NCBI GenBank assembly: GCA_036259515.1
Contig: DATABP010000705.1
Location: forward strand, 1-31,079
DNA length: 31,079 bases
Direction: 5' to 3'
Origin: Thermoanaerobaculia bacterium
Lineage (GTDB): Bacteria; Acidobacteriota; Thermoanaerobaculia; Multivoradales; JBCCEF01
A program made the translations under genes and the position numbers. Of this stretch, positions 26,354 through 31,079 are shown one piece after another (position 1 is the first letter of the stretch; every line of letters begins with the position of its first letter). Below the pieces are notes generated by a model that worked only from the letters and a program-made list of their open reading frames with translations, ran no database searches and was not told where the DNA came from.

Positions 26354-28747
26354 TCAGTCGGCCCTCATCTCGCGCACGGCGTCGATCGAGCGTGCCCGGG
26401 CTGCCGGGATCCAGCTCGCCAGGAGGCCGATCAGGGCGACGGCGACGACCGCCGCCGAGAAGACGATCGGCTCGCTCGGCGTCGTCGCGTAGAGCTGATG
26501 GCGGAGCAGCCGGCTACCGAGGAGCGCCGCGAGCAGGCCGACGGCGAGCCCGAGGCCGAGCGTGCGCGCCGAATCGCCCAGCACCAGCCGGGCGAGCTGG
26601 CCGGGCAGCGCTCCCAGCGCGATCCGGACCCCCATCTCCCGCCGGCGCGAGACGACCGAGTAGGCCAGCACGCCGTAGATCCCGATCGAGGCCAGGAACA
26701 CGGCGGTCGCCGCCAGAGCGGTGAGCACCGAGGCCGCGAAGCGTTGCCCTGCCGTGGTGGCGGCGATCCGCCGCTCCATCCAGTCGAGGCTCAGCGAGGC
26801 GTCCGGGGCGACGCGCCGCACGATCTCGGACATGCGGGAGGCGAACGCGGCGGACGGCTCGCCCTCGCCCCGCACCGCCACCTCGAGCGTCCTTCCGAGC
26901 AGCGGACGTTGCGCCAGCGCGACGTAGTACTCGAGCTGCGTTCCGGGATCGCTCCGCCAGTGCCTGGCGTCCTCGACCACGCCGACCACGGTCAGCGCGT
27001 GGTCCGGATAGGGATCCATGCCGTCGATGCGGAAGCGTTGGCCGAGCGGGTCGCGGCCGGGCCAGGCGCTCTCGGCCAGGCTGCGGTTGATCACCGCGGC
27101 GTGCGGCGCGCCGGCGGCGTCGCGACGGTCGAACAGGCGGCCGCGGAGGAGCGGGATACGCAGGGCCTCGAAGTAGCCCGCATCGGCGATCCGATAGTGC
27201 GCCAGCGGCACCTCGGAGCCGCCTTCGGTGCGCAAGGGGCCGACGAACTGACCGGCGGCCAGCGGCAGGTGGCTGGCGACGCCCGCCGCCGCGACGCCCG
27301 GCGCGCGCGAGAGCTCGTCGACGATCCGCGCGTAGGTCTCGACGATGGCCGTCGGGTCGCCGCTCGCGAGATCGACGCCGACGGTCAGCACCCCCCGCGG
27401 CTCGAAACCGACGTCGGTGGTGACGATCCGCCAGAGGCTGTGGACCAGCAGGCCGCCGCTCGCCACCAGGACCAGCGCCGCGGCGACCTGGCCACCGACG
27501 AGCAGCCGCCAGACCAGCGACCGGCCGCCGCCGGAGCGCGACCACCCCACCCGCTCCCTGAGGTCGATGCGGGCGCCCCGGCGGAGGAGCGAGAGCGCGG
27601 GGAGCAGCCCGAAGAGCAGCACGCTCAGGGCGCTGACCCCGACCACGAAGAGGAGGGTGCGGCCGTCGACCGCGACCTGATCGAGCCGCGGGATGGGCGT
27701 CGCGGCGCGCCGCAGCAGCCGCAGGCTGGCCCAGGCGAGCGCCAGCCCCGGGACGGCGCCGATCCCGGCGAGCACGGCGTTCTCGGCGAGCAACTGGCGG
27801 AGCAACTGCCAGCGGCTGGCGCCGAACGACGCCCTGATCCCCAGCTCCTGGCGGCGAGCCACTCCCCGCGCCAGGAGCGTGCTTCCGACGTTGACGCAGG
27901 CGATCAGGAGGAGCAGACCGGAGGCCGCTGCCAGCAGGACCAGCGGCCGTGCGGCGCCGCCGACCATCCAGCTCTTGAGCGGCTCCATCGCCACCGCCAC
28001 GGCCGTCGTCTCGGCCGGGAACTCCTTGGCGACGCGGGCGGCGATCTCGTCGAGCACCCTGTCGGCGGCCTCGGCATCGGCGCCCGCGGCGAGCCGGCCG
28101 ACCACCGGCAGCACGTGGTTGCCGCGGACGGTCCACGGGACCGCCCGCTCGAGCGGGAGCCACACGTCCGCGTCGAAGAGGATCGAGAAGCCCGGCGGTG
28201 CCACACCGACGACGTCGAAGACCTCCCCGGCCACCTCGACTCGGACCTGGCCGAGGTCCTCCGGCGCACCGAGAGCGCTCGCCCACAGGCGATGACCGAC
28301 CACCGCGACGGCGGCGGCGCCCGGCCGGTTCTCCTCCGGCCGGATCCAGCGCCCCCTGAACGGCGCCACGCCGCCGACCAGGAAGAAGTCGCCGGTGACG
28401 CTCGACGAGCTGGCGCGGATCGGGCCGCTCGGCGCCCGCACGGTCACCGTGTCCGGCGGGGTGACGGCCGCCATCGCCTCGAAGTGTCGAGCCTCCCGCC
28501 GCCAGTCGGCGAAGTTCGGGTAGGAGGCCCACGCCGCCTGGCCCTCGCGATCCGCCTCGCGGAGCAGCATCAGGCGGTCGGAATCGGGAAGCGGCAGCGG
28601 CCGCAGCAGCACGCCGTCGACGAGGGTGAACATCACCGTCGTGGCGCCGATGCCGAGGGCGAGCGTCAGGGTGACGAGGCCGCTGACGCCGGGCGCCCGC
28701 ACCGCCGCGCGCAGGCCGAGCCACAGGTCGCGTCGCAATCCGCTCAT
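26354..28747 (-). CDS. MacB-like duplicated ABC permease (ADOP-type orphan permease), 797 aa
   Basis: LTLALGIGATT, SYPNFADWR, LLIACVNVGS...RRQELGIRASFGASRWQLLRQLLAE, TTDVGFEPRGVL and GIYGVLAYSVVSRRREMGVRIALGA. No ATPase domain. Confidence 0.93.
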   Translation of the reverse strand: MSGLRRDLWLGLRAAVRAPGVSGLVTLTLALGIGATTVMFTLVDGVLLRPLPLPDSDRLMLLREADREGQAAWASYPNFADWRREARHFEAMAAVTPPDTVTVRAPSGPIRASSSSVTGDFFLVGGVAPFRGRWIRPEENRPGAAAVAVVGHRLWASALGAPEDLGQVRVEVAGEVFDVVGVAPPGFSILFDADVWLPLERAVPWTVRGNHVLPVVGRLAAGADAEAADRVLDEIAARVAKEFPAETTAVAVAMEPLKSWMVGGAARPLVLLAAASGLLLLIACVNVGSTLLARGVARRQELGIRASFGASRWQLLRQLLAENAVLAGIGAVPGLALAWASLRLLRRAATPIPRLDQVAVDGRTLLFVVGVSALSVLLFGLLPALSLLRRGARIDLRERVGWSRSGGGRSLVWRLLVGGQVAAALVLVASGGLLVHSLWRIVTTDVGFEPRGVLTVGVDLASGDPTAIVETYARIVDELSRAPGVAAAGVASHLPLAAGQFVGPLRTEGGSEVPLAHYRIADAGYFEALRIPLLRGRLFDRRDAAGAPHAAVINRSLAESAWPGRDPLGQRFRIDGMDPYPDHALTVVGVVEDARHWRSDPGTQLEYYVALAQRPLLGRTLEVAVRGEGEPSAAFASRMSEIVRRVAPDASLSLDWMERRIAATTAGQRFAASVLTALAATAVFLASIGIYGVLAYSVVSRRREMGVRIALGALPGQLARLVLGDSARTLGLGLAVGLLAALLGSRLLRHQLYATTPSEPIVFSAAVVAVALIGLLASWIPAARARSIDAVREMRAD

Positions 28748-29862
28748 GGAGGACCTCCCGCACCGACCGACCGTGGGAGCGTGAACCGGGCCGGGTCGTC
28801 CCGACAGCCGGCGCGCCCGAAGGTCGAGCGCGCAGACGACCGCAGGAGCTGAACCATCAGGTACGCCTTGGCCTCGGGAGCGCGGCCGGGTACCGCGATC
28901 AACTTGACATGGCTCAGAGCGCGCGCCACCGCGTCGCCGAGACCGGCGCCGTCAGGCCAACGCGGGCAGGCGCTCCAGAGAGTTTCGGCGCCGGTCCAGT
29001 CGGAGAGGGCGTCGCGTTCCTCCGGACGACAGAGGCCGGCGGCGACCAGGCCGTCGAGCAGCGTCCGCCAGCGCGGTTCCCGCCGCGGAAGCCGCCGGAA
29101 GGAGCAGTTGACGCCGAAGCGCGGCCGGACCTCCTCTCCGACGTCGAGCGCGAGATGGTGCGGCTCGGCGTCGGCGGTCAGCGGCCGGAGCTCGCCGACG
29201 GCGCGGCCGGCGTCGGCGCCGGCCAGCCGCTCCACCAGGCGCCGTACGGCGTCGAAGCTCAGGCCACCGATCTCGATCCGCTCCGGCCGACCCGGACGGG
29301 AGAGCATCGAGAACGCGTAGCGCGTCCGCGCCCCGCGCGGCAGCGCCCGCAGCGCCCGTTCCAGCGCGCGCCGATGGGAGGCCGGGATACGGCGTCCCGC
29401 GAGGGCCGCGAAGAGGCCGCTCGCCAAGGGATCGGGCGCTTCGGGCGCGAGGTCCGCCGCGGCGCTCGGCAGCGGCAGCCCGCCCCCGGCGCCGGGCGCG
29501 CCGTCGAGGTCGTACTCGAGCCACAACCAGCGGACACCGCGCCAAGCGCCCCGTCGGCCGCCGCACGCGAAGCGGGTCAGGTGGGACGGCAGGGCGGCGG
29601 CGGGGAGCCGTCGCGCCGTGGAGCGATCCAGACGGATCGAGAGGTCCACCGGCGCCTGGCCGGAGCGGCCGAGCCGCAGCTCGAGCGCCGCCAGCGCGTC
29701 GAGCGGCAACTCGGCGGCGGCGGCGGCCAGGCGACCGAGCGCCGGCAGACCCGCCAGAGTCGGCCGCAGCCGGTCTTCGACGAGTGGCAGGAGCTCCGAG
29801 AGGCGGCCTTCCGACGCCGGCGAGAGTCGGCCCGCGGCGACCGCCTCAGGTTCCCCCACCAC
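28744..29862 (-). CDS. Hypothetical RiPP-associated protein, possibly PT-barrel (ABBA prenyltransferase)-like; start uncertain (29862 or 29859), ~372 aa
   Basis: Motifs ELRL...VDLSIRL, WLWLEYDL, LDVGEEVRPRFGVNC, EPRWRTLLDGLVAAGLC and ALSHVKL...PEAKAYL. Lies between the Nif11 precursor and the permease (ATGA overlap). The fold call is inference only. Confidence 0.6.
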   Translation of the reverse strand: MVGEPEAVAAGRLSPASEGRLSELLPLVEDRLRPTLAGLPALGRLAAAAAELPLDALAALELRLGRSGQAPVDLSIRLDRSTARRLPAAALPSHLTRFACGGRRGAWRGVRWLWLEYDLDGAPGAGGGLPLPSAAADLAPEAPDPLASGLFAALAGRRIPASHRRALERALRALPRGARTRYAFSMLSRPGRPERIEIGGLSFDAVRRLVERLAGADAGRAVGELRPLTADAEPHHLALDVGEEVRPRFGVNCSFRRLPRREPRWRTLLDGLVAAGLCRPEERDALSDWTGAETLWSACPRWPDGAGLGDAVARALSHVKLIAVPGRAPEAKAYLMVQLLRSSARSTFGRAGCRDDPARFTLPRSVGAGGPP

Positions 29863-30175
29863 CGGTGCCGCCGCTGCCCGTGCCGCCGGTGCCGTCGGTG
29901 CCGTCGGTCCCGCCGGTGCCGGTGCCGGTGCCGTCGCCGTTCTCGCCGGTGCCGTCGTCGTCCCAACCGCCCGCCACCTGCTCGAGGTCCTCGTCCTCGA
30001 GCTCCTCGCGGCGAGCGAGGAGCTCCACGGCCTCGTCGGCGTCGAGCCGGTAGCCCAGCTCGGCCGCGCGGCGACGCCAGAGGTCGGGATCCTGCCGAAC
30101 GGCGGCCAACTCGCGGGCGACGTCTTCACGGGCCGCCAGGTCGATCACCAGACGCCGTGCTTCGGTCCTCGACAT
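29846..30175 (-). CDS. Nif11-like leader RiPP precursor, 109 aa: 70 aa leader plus 39 aa Trp-led Gly/Thr/Asp-rich core
   Basis: The leader has Nif11-type features (DLAAREDVARELAAV...AAELGYRLDADEA...ELEDEDLEQVAGG). Core: WDDDGTGENGDGTGTGTGGTDGTDGTGGTGSGGTGGGGT. Very strong SD AGAGGAGGTGA. Confidence 0.88.
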   Translation of the reverse strand: MSRTEARRLVIDLAAREDVARELAAVRQDPDLWRRRAAELGYRLDADEAVELLARREELEDEDLEQVAGGWDDDGTGENGDGTGTGTGGTDGTDGTGGTGSGGTGGGGT

Positions 30176-30249
30176 TCTTCACCTCCTCTTGGCGTCGAGT
30201 TTAACCGAGAACGCTCGGCCGTGCCGCGACGCCCGAGGGGCCGGCCGCC

Positions 30250-31079
30250 CTACCGCGTGTACGACTCCAGCTCGCTCCAGGTGTCCTCTTCGATCACCTT
30301 CTTGACGTCGATCATGAAGCGGTCGGCGTCGGCGCCGTCGACCACGCGGTGGTCGTAGCTGATCGAGAGGTAGCACATGGTCTTGATCGCGATGGTGTCG
30401 TTGCCGTCCTCGTCGCTGGCGACGATCGGGCGCTTCTCGATCGTGCCGACGCCGAGGATCGCCACCTGCGGCTGGTTGATCACCGGGGTGCCGAAGAGGC
30501 TGCCGAAGACACCCGGGTTGGTCACCGTGAAGGTGCCGCCGCGGAGCTCGTCGGGGCCGAGCTTCTTGCCGCGGGCGCGGTCGGCGAGGTCGTTGGCGGC
30601 CTTGGTCAGGCCGGTGATCGAGAGCTGGTCGGCGTCCTTGATCACCGGCACCAGGAGCCCGCGGCCCGGGATGTCCACCGCCATGCCGATGTTGATCGCC
30701 TTCTTGTAGACGATGTTCGCGCCGTCGACCGCGGCGTTGACGTTCCGGTGCTTCTTGAGCGCCGTCGCCACCGCCTTGAAGATGAACGGCATGTAGGTGA
30801 GCTTGGTGCCGTTGGCCTGCTCGAAGCCGCGCTTGGCCCGCGCCCGCGCCCGCGCCACGCGCGAGAAGTCGACGTGGAAGACGGTGGTGACGTGCGCCGC
30901 GGTGTCCTTCGAGTAGCGCATGTGGGCGGCGGTGATCTGACGCACCTTCGACATCGGCTCGATCTCCACCTCCTCGCCCTCGACGTAGGCGGGGACGTGG
31001 AAGTCGGCGATCGGCGAAGCGCCCGACGGCTTGGCGGCGGCCGGGGCCGGGGCGGCGGCGGTGGCGGCGGCCGGCGCGG
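30250..31079 (-). CDS. 2-oxoacid dehydrogenase E2 (dihydrolipoamide acyltransferase), C-terminal catalytic domain; 5' end lies outside the window
   Basis: GGTFTVTNPGVFGSLFGTPVINQPQVAILGVG and LSISYDHRVVDGADA (catalytic His). The frame stays open through an Ala/Pro linker to the window edge, so the track start at 30969 is internal. Confidence 0.95.
   Translation of the reverse strand, partial: APAAATAAAPAPAAAKPSGASPIADFHVPAYVEGEEVEIEPMSKVRQITAAHMRYSKDTAAHVTTVFHVDFSRVARARARAKRGFEQANGTKLTYMPFIFKAVATALKKHRNVNAAVDGANIVYKKAINIGMAVDIPGRGLLVPVIKDADQLSITGLTKAANDLADRARGKKLGPDELRGGTFTVTNPGVFGSLFGTPVINQPQVAILGVGTIEKRPIVASDEDGNDTIAIKTMCYLSISYDHRVVDGADADRFMIDVKKVIEEDTWSELESYTR

Noticed and set aside
29860-29965. 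Short tandem GGTGCC/GCCGTC repeats as a CRISPR or mobile repeat
   Set aside because: They simply encode the Gly-Thr/Asp precursor core; there is no repeat-spacer structure.
30198-30230. Sigma54-like CGGCAC...GC element and TAAACT upstream of the Nif11 precursor
   Set aside because: The GG-to-GC spacing is one base off the strict -24/-12 rule, and TAAACT has no convincing -35 partner.
104-30358. Many long overlapping or antisense ORFs in the track (e.g. 1681..3309 -, 3838..6459 +, 8911..10350 -, 14828..17995 -, 21525..23969 -, 25073..28852 +)
   Set aside because: They are Arg/Ala/Pro/Gly-rich shadow frames of recognisable genes. This is expected at very high GC, where stop codons are rare, and they carry no family motifs.
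1-31079. tRNA, rRNA, CRISPR array, integrase or transposase, and direct repeats bounding the island
   Set aside because: None recognised by eye. There is no direct evidence that the RiPP island is mobile, although short att-like repeats could have been missed without computation.

Overview
A very GC-rich bacterial window, probably Acidobacteriota: this is inferred from the ADOP-type permease, not tested. The flanks are housekeeping or lipid genes: a partial GT9 glycosyltransferase, an App1-type phosphatidate phosphatase, a class I HMG-CoA reductase, a truncated yoeB, a phaR-phasin-phasin-patatin operon, and a 2-oxoacid dehydrogenase E2 at the right edge. Between them lies a ~23.5 kb RiPP island (about 6678-30175). 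It encodes an NHLP-type tripartite exporter with an intact C39 peptidase, a cNMP-binding protein and a large class III nucleotide cyclase. It also carries a separately promoted lanthipeptide-like cassette: a stand-alone LanM-type (CCG) cyclase domain, a split LanB glutamylation domain, three Lant_dehydr_C-like proteins, an unknown protein, and a double-Gly precursor with an SCSCSCC core. A convergent operon holds a Nif11-type precursor with a Trp-led, Cys-free Gly/Thr/Asp core, a possible PT-barrel-like enzyme and an ADOP permease. An HExxH protein (DUF7005-like) at the left end is broken by a single in-frame TAA. All family assignments rest on motif recognition by eye; no database searches were run. 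Many long ORFs in the supplied track are GC-rich shadow frames, so I re-assigned start codons using SD sites and stop/start overlaps.
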